DNA of 63,668 nt, counting the filler, from Octopus bimaculoides (taxonomy: Eukaryota), in the NCBI RefSeq assembly GCF_001194135.2. It is 10 parts of 9 records of this genome, joined end to end, with 100 filler letters (N's around TTAATTAATTAA, not from the genome) between each part and the next. Parts side by side here need not be neighbours in the genome. Positions count along the whole stretch, not along the records: positions 1 to 10,783 come from NC_068985.1; positions 10,884 to 39,684 come from NC_068982.1; 8 more parts are not named here. One strand, given 5' to 3'. The notes under the pieces were generated by a model. It was given only the letters and a program-made list of their open reading frames with translations. It was not told the DNA's origin and did no database searches. Shown one piece after another: positions 1-13,500 of the stretch. Both the position numbers and the translations under genes were made by a program. The first letter of the stretch is position 1, and each line of letters starts with the position of its first letter.

Positions 1-404
1 AGTGAAAATCATGTGGGTGTTAATATAGAAATTTACCATAATGTTGTTGTTATTTAGCCTCAAATCAACCCTGATACTGCAAACCTATCATCAAAGACAT
101 TCCAGCCTTCAGCAAACTGTCTTTTTAGGGATAATCTAGGACATTACGCACAATGGGCGTGTGATTTAGGTAGGGGGATACTTTGGCTGCTATTTTTAGC
201 GTGTAAAACGACCAGGTAGAGGCTTTTTCATTGGTTTGATTGCGTGATGAGATTTTTTACACATATATGTAATATGTATATATATATATCATCTGCAGAA
301 GTTAGAGAGTGAGTCAAAAGCTGAGAGTTTCGTGTATTAGCACTTATCAAACATGAATTTGTTCATTGTCACTCTGTAACTTCTGACGAAATAACTTCTA
401 AAAT

Positions 405-810
405 GCAAAATTTTGTCAAAATCGTTAAGAGTAAACCCTGTTCTATATGACACATTCTACCAGTATCGGAAGTTTGAAAATGTTAAGTTAAAAAAAAAGT
501 AATTAATTAATCTGTACGTCTAATTGAATATATCCGAAATAGATGAAAGGCAAAGTCGACTTCAGCGGAATTTGAACTCAGAATGTAAAGACATACGAAA
601 TACCGCTTCTAAAATACAAAATTTTGTCAATGTTCTATGTGACACATTCTTCCAGTATTGGAAGTTTGAAAGTGTTTAGTTAAAAAAAAAAAAATAATAA
701 TCTATACTGCGAGGTCGACCTCGGCGAAATTTGAACTCAAAGAATAGAGACACGTGAAAAGCCGATAAGCATTTTGACTTAGGCGCTGATGCTTCTGCCA
801 GCTCGCCGAC
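405..810 (-). repeat. Tandem ~200-bp duplication, each unit ending in a SINE family B piece
   Basis: CTTCTAAAAT(G/A)CAAAATTTTGTCAA...GGAAGTTTGAAA occurs at ~405 and ~607, each followed by GTCGAC..GGAATTTGAACTCA. Confidence 0.65.
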
Positions 811-1237
811 TTACAAGAACAAACTTCATTTTAGAAATATATATGTTATTCTTATTGCTTAAGCGTTACTCTCTTCCTTAATTACTGACATTAAATTTCG
901 TAACATTTTACCTCATAACTCTTTTTCTACTAATCTTTGTTCAATGCGATTAGCGATTCTGAATTCCTCATGCATTTTTCTATCATTTAAACCTCAGAAA
1001 AATATACTTCTAATTTAAAATTAAAAAATTTATGTTAATTGAATATGAATATCTGTCTTACTGCCCCCCTTGAGGTCGCAGATATTTTGATGTAAGCTTT
1101 TGTCTACTGAACCAAATCTCAAACTATTTATGCCAAAGTGTAGCTGTGGAGGTGTCCTCTTTAAAACAACAGTTTGCAGTTTAGTTGAGAACTGAATTAG
1201 TGGTGAAGGTTGGAAGCTGCTGCGATATACATACATA

Positions 1238-1470
1238 CGCGCAGGCATGGCTGGGTGGTAAGTAGCTTGCTTACTAATCACATGGTTCTAGGTTCAGTTC
1301 CACTCCGTGGCACCTTGGTCAACTGTCTTCTACTATAGCCTGGGGTCGACCAAAGCCTTGTGAGTGGATTTCGTAGACGGAAACTGAAAGAAGCCCGTCC
1401 TCTATGTGTGTGTGTGTGTTTGTGTGTGTCGGTGTGTCTCTACGTCTGTGTTTCTCACCCACCATCACTA
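1238..1470 (+). mobile_element. SINE family A, 5' part
   Basis: tRNA-like head and body up to the central (TG)n. Confidence 0.8.
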
Positions 1471-2730
1471 GAAAGGATTGAGAGGGGAGAATACGGAGAG
1501 AGAACGAGAAAAAAAGCGAAGAGAGAAAATAATGTGTAGGGATTACCGGTTCAACATAGTTTTTTCGCTTGACCGCTGACGTGTTCAGTCACACTTTTCC
1601 CGGCGTTTCACGTTCTCCTTTAACTTCAACACTGGGTTCGTTTGTTTTCCCCTTTTTTTCCACCTGTCTTTCTATCTTTTTTCTCTCCACTTTCTATTCC
1701 AGTCCTGTAGGTCATAACTTTCCATGGCATTACATATACACGTCTTGTCCTAATACTGTCTCAGAGAGGTAGGTCATATTTTGTTTGTATATTATATTCG
1801 TACTAACTGCCTATGTTGTGTTTGTATTCATCACCGTCTTCCACGTTTACTCATTATTCCCAGCAATTTCTTGCTGTTGACGCCAGCAAAATTATTAATA
1901 TTAACGTTAAAGGAGTGAAATTGTAATGATTTTTGCACGATATCTGACGAGGAAAGAGCATGGAGCATGTCTATGTCTTGTAAGTTAACTTTCCATTTGT
2001 TCCTTTGTCGCCCTTCTGCTCGATTTTATTTGATTTTATTACACACACACNNNNNNNNNNNNNNNNNNNNNNNNNNNNNNNNNNNNNNNNNNNNNNNNNN
2101 NNNNNNNNNNNNNNNNNNNNNNNNNNNNNNNNNNNNNNNNNNNNNNNNNNNNNNNNNNNNNNNNNNNNNNNNNNNNNNNNNNNNNNNNNNNNNNNNNNNN
2201 NNNNNNNNNNNNNNNNNNNNNNNNNNNNNNNNNNNNNNNNNNNNNNNNNNNNNNNNNNNNNNNNNNNNNNNNNNNNNNNNNNNNNNNNNNNNNNNNNNNN
2301 NNNNNNNNNNNNNNNNNNNNNNNNNNNNNNNNNNNNNNNNNNNNNNNNNNNNNNNNNNNNNNNNNNNNNNNNNNNNNNNNNNNNNNNNNNNNNNNNNNNN
2401 NNNNNNNNNNNNNNNNNNNNNNNNNNNNNNNNNNNNNNNNNNNNNNNNNNNNNNNNNNNNNNNNNNNNNNNNNNNNNNNNNNNNNNNNNNNNNNNNNNNN
2501 NNNNNNNNNNNNNNNNNNNNNNNNNNNNNNNNNNNNNNNNNNNNNNNNNNNNNNNNNNNNNNNNNNNNNNNNNNNNNNNNNNNNNNNNNNNNNNNNNNNN
2601 NNNNNNNNNNNNNNNNNNNNNNNNNNNNNNNNNNNNNNNNNNNNNNNNNNNNNNNNNNNNNNNNNNNNNNNNNNNNNNNNNNNNNNNNNNNNNNNNNNNN
2701 NNNNNNNNNNNNNNNNNNNNNNNNNNNNNN

Positions 2731-2778
<48 letters not shown>

Positions 2779-2807
2779 ATGTATGTATGTATGTCATTTA
2801 TCTTTTA

Positions 2808-3212
2808 ATCTTTTACTTGTTTCAGTCATTTGACTGCAGCCATGCTGAGGCCGCCCTGAGGAATTTTTAGACGAATGAATCGACCCCAGTACTTTTCTTC
2901 TGTTAATCCTGGTACTTACTCTATCGGCCTCTTTTGCCGAGCCGCTAAGATACGGGGACGTAAACACACCAACATCGGTTGTCAAGTGGTGGTAAGAGAT
3001 AGACACAAAGACACACACGTATATATAAACATAAATCTCCACTCTCCTCTTCGTTATACATACATATATATACAACGAGCTTCTTTCAGTTTCCATCTAC
3101 CAAATCCACCCACTAGGTTTTGGTCAGCCCAAGGCTATAGTAGAAGACACTTGCTCAAGGTACCATGCAGTGGGCCTAAACCCGGCATCATGTGGTTGAG
3201 AAGCAAGCTACA
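2808..3212 (-). mobile_element. SINE family A
   Basis: Reverse complement of the family A tail, body and head. Confidence 0.8.
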
Positions 3213-5524
3213 ACCGTGCATGTACGATTTTTCTTTGGGTTTTATCTAAATTCTTAAGTGTGTTCAAGCCGGTTGCTGTATGTATGTATGTATATATGTA
3301 TGTATGCATGTATGTATGTATGCATGTATGTATGCACGCATGTATGTATGTATGTATGTACGTTACAAAGACTGCCTTAAAAAATTTCTCACTGCATGTC
3401 GTATTGACCACCAACGCTGGATAGACCTGGCTGCGGATTATGGTGCCTGGCGCCNNNNNNNNNNNNNNNNNNNNNNNNNNNNNNNNNNNNNNNNNNNNNN
3501 NNNNNNNNNNNNNNNNNNNNNNNNNNNNNNNNNNNNNNNNNNNNNNNNNNNNNNNNNNNNNNNNNNNNNNNNNNNNNNNNNNNNNNNNNNNNNNNNNNNN
3601 NNNNNNNNNNNNNNNNNNNNNNNNNNNNNNNNNNNNNNNNNNNNNNNNNNNNNNNNNNNNNNNNNNNNNNNNNNNNNNNNNNNNNNNNNNNNNNNNNNNN
3701 NNNNNNNNNNNNNNNNNNNNNNNNNNNNNNNNNNNNNNNNNNNNNNNNNNNNNNNNNNNNNNNNNNNNNNNNNNNNNNNNNNNNNNNNNNNNNNNNNNNN
3801 NNNNNNNNNNNNNNNNNNNNNNNNNNNNNNNNNNNNNNNNNNNNNNNNNNNNNNNNNNNNNNNNNNNNNNNNNNNNNNNNNNNNNNNNNNNNNNNNNNNN
3901 NNNNNNNNNNNNNNNNNNNNNNNNNNNNNNNNNNNNNNNNNNNNNNNNNNNNNNNNNNNNNNNNNNNNNNNNNNNNNNNNNNNNNNNNNNNNNNNNNNNN
4001 NNNNNNNNNNNNNNNNNNNNNNNNNNNNNNNNNNNNNNNNNNNNNNNNNNNNNNNNNNNNNNNNNNNNNNNNNNNNNNNNNNNNNNNNNNNNNNNNNNNN
4101 NNNNNNNNNNNNNNNNNNNNNNNNNNNNNNNNNNNNNNNNNNNNNNNNNNNNNNNNNNNNNNNNNNNNNNNNNNNNNNNNNNNNNNNNNNNNNNNNNNNN
4201 NNNNNNNNNNNNNNNNNNNNNNNNNNNNNNNNNNNNNNNNNNNNNTGTGTGAGTGCGTGTGTGTGTGTACGTGTGTGTGTGCGTGCGTGCACACACGCGT
4301 ATGTGTATGCATGTATACGTGTCTGTCTATGTATGTGTTTTGTATTTCTCTGTGTCTTTTAGGAGACATAGTACCTCTTTATATGATGTATTTCGTAAGT
4401 TTGTATGATATTTTGCTTTATACATTTACACGTTTGCGGCTTTAAATGTTGCTATTAATATCGTGACATCATTAAAAATAAGACAGTTTATTTTCAATAA
4501 AAGCAGTTAAATGACTAGGTATTGACTATTTCGAACTTAGAAAAGTGTATATCTCTAGTATACCTACCTCAATTTCCAACTTTCTGTTTCATTTCACTGT
4601 TAGTTGGTGAAAGGTATTCAACTATTTAACTAAATTGAATACTTTTAGCCATGCTAAATGCTAGTTTTGTATGCAGTTTGGAAATTCACGAGATATTTGT
4701 CACAATATATCTGAGTTTCGATACATGTAAGATTTGTGGTCAAAATAAATGGATTGAATGGTCAAATAATTTGAAGTTACTTAGCATTTCCACTTGTAAG
4801 CAACTGTACTGAAATTGTTTTTACTGCACAGGTTTTTAAAAAAAAATAATGAGTAACACAGAAGACGAACAAAGAAAATATAATTATGAGAAAGATCTAT
4901 TATATATCAATACTTGCTCACAAGATACAAATGCATAATGTATTTATACAAATATGTGCAAAATTAATTTCCTGTGACGTATTAAAAGCCATATTGATAA
5001 CATAGTTTTTAATTTAATCTCGTTTATAATTAAAGTAAAATGCGTGGATATAATAATTAAATTAATTTCCATTCATTACTTTTATATTATATTTTCTCTG
5101 CTTTAATTATTACGCTATGCATAATGGTGGGCACTACTTATGTTAAGGTAAGTTTATGGTGAATCGAAACCAATGAATGCGGTTTCAATCCCAAGTTGAT
5201 GCAGTTTACCTTAATTTACCCTGCTCGATACAATCTGCACCCTAACACAATAGATTGCCTATGTACCCAGTCACAATAGAGAAATAATTAATAAGATGAG
5301 TCAGTGGTTTTCTTGTAGTATATATCTTAAAAGTTGATATTAAAAAGGAACTGAGCAGCATTCGGTACTCTAGTTTTTCAATTTGTAGTTTAAGAATTCA
5401 CAGAATTAAGACATTTTTATCGAATGCTTTTACGTAAAATAAATAGTTTAGAATATAATGGTTTCAACTTTTAACATGAAGCCAGCAATTTTTAAGAAAG
5501 CGATTAGCCGATTATTTTGATACC

Positions 5525-5670
5525 GGTTTCAGCTGGTATTTAATTCATCGAACTCGAAAGGATAAAAAGCAAAGTCGATCTCAGCAGAATTTGAACCCAG
5601 AACTTAAAGAGCCGGAAGAAATGCCGCTAAGCATTTTGTCCGACTCGTTAACGATTCTATCAGCTCGCCA
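5525..5670 (-). mobile_element. SINE family B
   Basis: Reverse complement of the family B head and central domain. Confidence 0.7.
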
Positions 5671-5899
5671 CGTTTTTGTATTTATTGTGACTTCAGTTCT
5701 CCCATCATATACTTGGTCCTTATTAGAATCTGCCACTAAACTATCGACTTTATGGCTACACAATGTTTGTGTAGTAGGTGAGATATCTTATTTCTAAATA
5801 AATTCCCTTAAGGAGAAATAACTTTCCGGATCCAGAATCTGGTGTTGTTATCGTATAAACTCGAAATAACCAATCACTCTTTGGGTAGTTCTAGATTAT

Positions 5900-7128
5900 A
5901 TTGGCACTTGAAATTAAAATTGATGCTCTGGTTTAGCAGTCTTACCTTTATATAAATTACAAATAATATGAAAATTTACTCGTGTTCTTAATCTGAGGGG
6001 TTTCCCAAGTCTATGTACAGGACAGTGATCTAATGATACGACTGGTTTCTCCTAAAGCGGCAACGATCCTAATTAGTTCTTCAGTGATGACAATGTCAAA
6101 TGGGAGCATTCTGAAAAGTTTTTATCCAGACTTGAATAAAAGATGTAAACGTTACTTTATTGAAGAGGAGTAGAGTCCATGGTTTTGCAGGCCCTTCCAA
6201 TGTGATGAGTTTGAAACGATTTATATTTAGTTTATGTAGAGCGAACATCAGCTGGGATATAGTTACAGACAGTTTTCGACTGAAAAATATCGGGCAGCAG
6301 GCTTTCAAAGCATCATATACTCACTGCAGTTCTTGAGCGTAAAAGTTAGCGTTCACAGCATAACCATTTGAGACAAGCTTAAAGAGCAACAACAACTCGA
6401 AAATCCACTAAACATGCACACGAACTTCTGTTCAAACCGCCCTTGTTTGACAACAGGTTCTGAAGTCTGGTCGAACAAAGATACTGATTTTTTATTAGGA
6501 TTACGAATATAAATTCATTTTTCATCCCCAGTTACAATCGATGCCAAAAACGGGCATCTCGAGGATTCGTCAGCAATTGTTTGCAAATGTTCATATGCAG
6601 TTGAGCCTGGTCATTGGTCATCTCATAAGGAACTTTACAACAGCATTTCTTACAAGGCCGAGTTTAAGGGGTGTGTCGATTGATAGTGCTTTGTGAAGGA
6701 CCAAGTTCTGTGACAATGTACGAGGGCTTGTGCTTGGCTGTTGATCAGCCATTTCAGGCAAGGCTTCATAATCCACAACATTTTCGAGGTTTCTCTCCGA
6801 GGCTTCTGAGACCTTGACTGAAACGACTGAGTTAGTTTTGTGCCACACATTCATTGACAATTTCTGGGCCTTCCACATCATTAATTTCTTTCGTTGCTAT
6901 CCTTGCACTTGATCATATTTTCCATAGGCAACATAATATGACTCTAATAGCAATTTTTTCGCCTCCCATTATCAAAGCTAAACAATTAATGTTTATATGC
7001 TACATATGAAAATAAAGAATAAACAATTCAGCAACGATTGAACAACAAATTGTATCAAATAACACGGAGAAACAAGTTGCCAAAAATCATCAGTGAAAAT
7101 CCGAAATCACTTTTGATTCAACCTGGTA
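5900..7128 (-). mobile_element. Degraded mariner transposon (second lineage)
   Basis: Minus-strand frames: MGGEKIAIRVIL...ARIATKEINDVEGPEIVNECVAQN (mariner HTH region), ADQQPSTSPRTLS, ASIVTGDEK*IY. 7101-7128 (CCGAAATCACTTTTGATTCAACCTGGTA) resembles the reverse complement of an Hsmar1-type TIR. Other TIR not located, so the left boundary is approximate. Confidence 0.8.
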
Positions 7129-8326
7129 CCCTTGAAGAATATACTGCAACTCAAAATATTGTGATAAATAGTATGTTGTCAGCACGACACTCTGGAATCA
7201 TTGCACACTCCTCCATTGTCCAGTCTATTTCTGTATGACGTTGATTCTCGTGTTAATCACAATGGTAGTGGCGAGATGAACTTAGCCAGAGCACGACAGT
7301 TGGTGTTGTGCATCCCAGCACAGTGTCTGAGGCCAGTGAGGGTAATGATGTTGCAGCTGTTTCTCTGTGTATGTGTTTCTCATACTTTTCTAGGCTGAGT
7401 GAATGAGTTAACATATTTTATATTGTTGCAGTGTTGCTATCGGACTTTGTATATGTGTCTGGGTAATTGGTTGTTGTTTTTCATGTAGTAATAAAGACTG
7501 TTTAAGTCAGGAGTCGGCGAACCAAGGTGAATTACCCCAAATAGGGTAAAAATGAAATTCTTGTGGGGTAATAAGAACTCATTAGACATAAGTAAAATTA
7601 TATGAAAAACATGTTCCTTGTTACAACAGAAATCTTTCTTCTGGTATGAAGAGGCAATCAAAAAGTTGCTGCCTTTTTTAAAAAAACATCAAAGACCACG
7701 TAGTTATACTAGGAGAATATTTCGTTATTGAAGCAAGCTTTAACCTACAAGTTCCCTCGCGATCGCACGGGACCCTACCACAGCTTATATGCTCGGAAAT
7801 ATGATATGCACATGTACACAACCGTGTGTGCAAGCTTAACTGATATCACTAATACTATAGCAACACTATTATAACCAGATACCTCAGTATATATATGGAC
7901 CTTTAAGTCCCAAGGGCATATAGACTTAATTGATGCTGTGTATGTTGAACAACCTACGCAGTGCGTGTGGATATATATCAAGTAACCCTTAGAAATATTA
8001 GAAAACAGTGAACATCTGTTGTTGAAACAATACTAAACGACTTTGGACAGTGCTTAAGCATAATATGTGAGGTTTTGCTTTCTAGCTTAATTTATCAAGA
8101 CACACGATATTGATAAAGTAGTAGATGAGTCATATGGCCAGAAGAAATGGACATGAAAGCTTGCGACTGTAAACGAATATCGCTCTACCAATGTATGTAT
8201 GTATGTATGTATGTATGTATGTATGTGTATATATATATACATATGTATATACATATATATATACATATATATGCATGTATATAGATATAAACATGCTTGT
8301 GTGAGTGTGTGTATGTGTTTGTGTTA

Positions 8327-8428
8327 ATATTTAGCAAAAGCAACAGGGTGACTTAAGGTCGGAGAGTTTCGTGCGTTGGCATTTGAAACTCTCGGCCCTT
8401 GTGTTACTCTGTTGCTTCTGATAAATAT
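8327..8428. repeat. About 44-bp-arm imperfect hairpin with PLE-pLTR/hammerhead-like motifs
   Basis: ATATTTAGCAAAAGCAACAGGGTGAC...GAGAGTTTC (8327-8370) vs GAAACTCTC...GTTACTCTGTTGCTTCTGATAAATAT (8385-8428), with a 14-nt loop. Confidence 0.7.
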
Positions 8429-9474
8429 CAATAATATACATATACTCATATTTTGAGTTCTATTTTTCCTGTTAGCACCAACACACACACACACACACAN
8501 NNNNNNNNNNNNNNNNNNNNNNNNNNNNNNNNNNNNNNNNNNNNNNNNNNNNNNNNNNNNNNNNNNNNNNNNNNNNNNNNNNNNNNNNNNNNNNNNNNNN
8601 NNNNNNNNNNNNNNNNNNNNNNNNNNNNNNNNNNNNNNNNNNNNNNNNNNNNNNNNNNNNNNNNNNNNNNNNNNNNNNNNNNNNNNNNNNNNNNNNNNNN
8701 NNNNNNNNNNNNNNNNNNNNNNNNNNNNNNNNNNNNNNNNNNNNNNNNNNNNNNNNNNNNNNNNNNNNNNNNNNNNNNNNNNNNNNNNNNNNNNNNNNNN
8801 NNNNNNNNNNNNNNNNNNNNNNNNNNNNNNNNNNNNNNNNNNNNNNNNNNNNNNNNNNNNNNNNNNNNNNNNNNNNNNNNNNNNNNNNNNNNNNNNNNNN
8901 NNNNNNNNNNNNNNNNNNNNNNNNNNNNNNNNNNNNNNNNNNNNNNNNNNNNNNNNNNNNNNNNNNNNNNNNNNNNNNNNNNNNNNNNNNNNNNNNNNNN
9001 NNNNNNNNNNNNNNNNNNNNNNNNNNNNNNNNNNNNNNNNNNNNNNNNNNNNNNNNNNNNNNNNNNNNNNNNNNNNNNNNNNNNNNNNNNNNNNNNNNNN
9101 NNNNNNNNNNNNNNNNNNNNNNNNNNNNNNNNNNNNNNNNNNNNNNNNNNNNNNNNNNNNNNNNNNNNNNNNNNNNNNNNNNNNNNNNNNNNNNNNNNNN
9201 NNNNNNNNNNNNNNNNNNNNNNNNNNNNNNNNNNNNNNNNNNNNNNNNNNNNNNNNNNNNNNNNNNNNNNNNNNNNNNNNNNNNNNNNNNNNNNNNNNNN
9301 NNNNNNNNNNNNNNNNNNNNNNNNNNNNNNNNNNNNNNNNNNNNNNNNNNNNNNNNNNNNNNNNNNNNNNNNNNNNNNNNNNNNNNNNNNNNNNNNNNNN
9401 NNNNNNNNNNNNNNNNNNNNNNNNNNNNNNNNNNNNNNNNNNNNNNNNNNNNNNNNNNTATATGTATATATATT

Positions 9475-9685
9475 TGTGTGTCTTTGTTTCTGTGTTTGCC
9501 CTCACCATCGCTTGACAACCGGTGTTGGTGTGTTTACGCCCCCGTAACTTAGCGGTTCGGCTGAAGAGATCGATAGAATAAGCACTAGGCCTACAAAGAA
9601 TAAGTCCTGGGGTCGATTTCCTCGACTGAAAGACGGTGCTACAGAATGGCCGCAGTCAAATGACTGAAACAAATAAAAAATAAAC
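9475..9685 (+). mobile_element. SINE family A, 3' half
   Basis: CATCGCTTGACAACCGG...CCGCAGTCAAATGACTGAAAC. The 5' half is probably in the gap. Confidence 0.8.
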
Positions 9686-9926
9686 GAATGTGTGTATGTG
9701 CGTGTGTGTTTGTGTGTGTGTGCGTGTGTGTGTGTGTGTTTGAATATACATACATGTATGCATGTATGTCATTATTAAGTTTGTTTGAAGATTTCTTGCC
9801 AACAGAGAAAGAACCGGTTTCTAACCTAATTCCAAGGTTCCTTCAATTGAATTTCAACATCAACAACAGGGTATGTATGTATGTATGTATGTATGTATGT
9901 ATGACGGAGTGGCAGACAGTCAAATG

Positions 9927-9980
<54 letters not shown>

Positions 9981-10883
9981 GATTGACTAACTGAGTGACA
10001 GGCATACAGATAGGTTATAGGATGTTGCACAAACAATCAGCTCTGAATGCGTTACTCCTTATAGTAGAAATAGCTGTAAGCTAATGAAGAGGGTTACGTA
10101 ATTTGTGTTGTTTTATCATATATTAATATATATATATATATAAATATATATACATATATGCATACATACATGCATACATGCATACATGCATACATGCATA
10201 CATACATACATACATACATACATACATACATACATACATACGTGTATATACATCAACGGTTGTTTTCTTTCATGAGCAAATGGGAAGCAAGCTATCTCTT
10301 TAACCTGGAGTAAAGTGTAGAAACCCCTGAGAGGAAACAAGACCATGTTGGTTAAATTTTGAAATCATGTGATAGGGTTTCATCAAACTACTTCATTCTG
10401 TGAGTTTATCTCGCCGAAGAAACATGTGGCTTACCACTCGCAGTCCCTGAATATCTCATAAGGTTGGTGATTTTGTGTAGTTATCTGAGGTATATTTTTT
10501 AGCTCTTATTTCTAGCAATTGTAGGTGCTATGTTGCACCCCCATTTATGAATTTTGCCTTTTCGGTTTTAATTGCTATAGCCAACTATATATTATAATGT
10601 ATTTAATATATCATAATATATTAATTTACTACTATAACATCTGATTGTATTTTTATATACATACATATATATATATACATATATACATGTATGTATACAT
10701 ATATATGAATATATATATATATACATGTATATATGAATATATATATATATACATACATATATATACATATATATATATATATANNNNNNNNNNNNNNNNN
10801 NNNNNNNNNNNNNNNNNNNNNNNNNNNTTAATTAATTAANNNNNNNNNNNNNNNNNNNNNNNNNNNNNNNNNNNNNNNNNNNN

Positions 10884-10946
<63 letters not shown>

Positions 10947-11974
10947 CAAAGTAGAGCTACTGAAGTGTTTTAGGAGTAGATTACGTATAATGACTACACA
11001 GTATAGTTGTTTTACATGAAAGCGACATTTCTTGTCAGAAACAGCCACATTAATGCCGTAAGGAATTTGAAGGAAGACGTTGAAACTTCTCCTCTGCGAG
11101 TTTATTTTATTCAACATCCAAGGGACCTATTTTTTCGGAGAGAAGTATGGTACGTTCAAAAATGGCAATATAATACCTACTTGAAAAAGTAGAGTTAAAG
11201 GAATGTATTTGCTACATGCTTACAGTGTACGACCATTCTGAAATTGACTTCAGGTAACGAAAAATGAAGACACGAAGAATTTGACTTCAGTTCACGAATA
11301 CTAATTTGAATCTTTAGCAGTTCGCAATGAAAAGATGTCGCGTTCGAAATATCATAATGGATGGATAAATAAGCATCCTTAAAGTGAAACAATGCATTGG
11401 TAGGTAAACAAAGGTATCAACAAATAGAAGAGAGAGAAGGGAACATCACCTTTCAAGTAACTCAGAATAAGTCAAGGGAAGCTTGCCAAAGTTTAATGCA
11501 GTTTAAATATGGAGATTAAGATTGTTTGATATTGGATATTCATCGCGTACAGTGCTCGCAGGTGGACAGTCGAAATAAATAAATAGACAAAATCCTTTCA
11601 CTCTTATAATATCCACTAACCAAGTAATAATACACAATTACAACATATAAATAATAAATAAAAAATGTGAAAACCACTAAAAATATTCTCTAATACCAAT
11701 ATACGACCATTTAGATTTAAAAAGTATGGAATACCCTACATACAAAAAACCTACGTACATACAACAAATTAAAGAAAAACTCGTATAAACCACCGTATTT
11801 CCCGGTTTGTCCATTTACGCGGGAGTTCTGGGAAAACTGCTATAGTGCATGACCATCCTTGGGACATAAGTTATGTGGGCGTAAAGTTTGGTGAAAATCG
11901 GTTAAGAATTGTGGAAATGTATGCGTCAGTCAGTATAATACACATACTGTGATTTATATATACTAAATATATGT

Positions 11975-12130
11975 CTGTGCGTCTTTGTGTCTGTGTTTGT
12001 TCCCCACCATCACTTGGCAACGGATGTTGGTGTGTTAGTCATTGGGCCGGTTTTTTCGACTAGAACCACTCTTCAAGGTGGTGCCCTAGCTTAGCTGCAG
12101 TCAAATGACTGAAACAAGTAAAACATGAAA
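11975..12130 (+). mobile_element. SINE family A, 3' fragment
   Basis: CCCCACCATCACTTGGCAAC...GCAGTCAAATGACTGAAACAAGTAAAA. Confidence 0.65.
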
Positions 12131-12419
12131 GATATCAAGTTAAGGACTTTTAACTATTTACATAACCTATGGCACATATTAATGAAAGAAATAAAATAAA
12201 GTGAATGTGAATGTTTTAAATGAAAAATGTTTCTATTTCAATGCAACCTCTGATAGCATTTAGGCGTTGCCTTTCAATGGATAGGCCAGGTTGGATTTAG
12301 CTGAGTTAAGCAACAAAGAGATAAATTAGTGTCACATATATTGACAAATTTATATATTCCTTACTACTGTGACGAGATAGTTGATATTTAAGAATGAAAT
12401 AAATGTATTTGAATGGAGA

Positions 12420-12560
12420 AAGTGGCAAAGATGGCTGCAGAACTTAACACACAGTAAGAGAAGACTTAGATAAGTTAATTAAGTTAGACCTTAGAAAGTT
12501 AGGATTCACTGATTAGGTGACGTAGAATAGAGAAATATAGAATTATGCCGTAGTATCAAA
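12420..12560 (+). mobile_element. Old LINE 3' fragment
   Basis: REDLDKLIKLDLRKLGFTD...NYAVV resembles the RKTW.EVV..DLR.LGL....WRYAV C-terminus. Confidence 0.35.
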
Positions 12561-13174
12561 ATAAATATCTGGTGAAGACTTTAGACGGTCTCATTAAATA
12601 ATTTCATTGTCAATTTTGGCAGCTGAAATATGAGTTCCAAAATATCTTTAATTGCTCTGGGAGTTTATAAAATAAGTATTAGTAATATGTAGAGATTGAA
12701 TTAATCAGTTACATTCTCCATCACTCATTAAGATTGCATTTCCTCATTACAAAGGAGTTATTATACGGTCGTTCATAACTGTTGAACTCGAGGTCAGAAT
12801 TCCTGGGATGTATGTTATGCTTCTGCTGCTGCTGCTCAATAACTGATATCTTATAGTCCGTAAAATCTTCTAGTAAGCGACTTGGGTGGGCCTAATTAAG
12901 AAGAGTGTGTTAGTTTATAATGAACAGATAAAATGTCATGAATGGCAATTATATTATCCTTATTCTTGTAACTCTGCACAGAATACAATCTGCTATAAGT
13001 ATATATGATACTTGCTGGTGAGGAATTATTAAAAAAATATACTAAGGTCAGGGTAAGTGCATGACCCGGGCATCACTCCGTATTCCTTACTTAATGTTAT
13101 ATGATATTGCCCTCTCACATTTAACAATATATTCAGAGCATCTATCTCATTATATTATAAGATTATATATATTT

Positions 13175-13318
<144 letters not shown>

Positions 13319-13319
13319 T

Positions 13320-13500
13320 AGAGTGGTAGATTGGTAAAACCGGTGGAACGTCTGACAAAATTTTGAAATGTCTTTCGGCTCTTTAAGTCCTAAGTTCAGG
13401 TCAACTTTGCGTTTCATCTTATCAAATTCGATACAATAAAGTACCAGTCAAGTTAGTGGGGGTGGGGAGGCGATATAATCGACAAAGTCTTTCTCTTTAG
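13320..13500 (+). mobile_element. SINE family B, diverged
   Basis: GTCAACTTTGCGTTTCATC...AAAGTACCAGTC. Confidence 0.5.

Noticed and set aside
10828-10839. TTAATTAATTAA inside N runs (also ~39729, 45465, 52718, 54962, 56951, 58661, 61052, 62477)
   Set aside because: Identical 12-mer centred in 100-bp N blocks (44 N + 12 + 44 N at this site) with stops in all frames: a scaffolding linker artefact.
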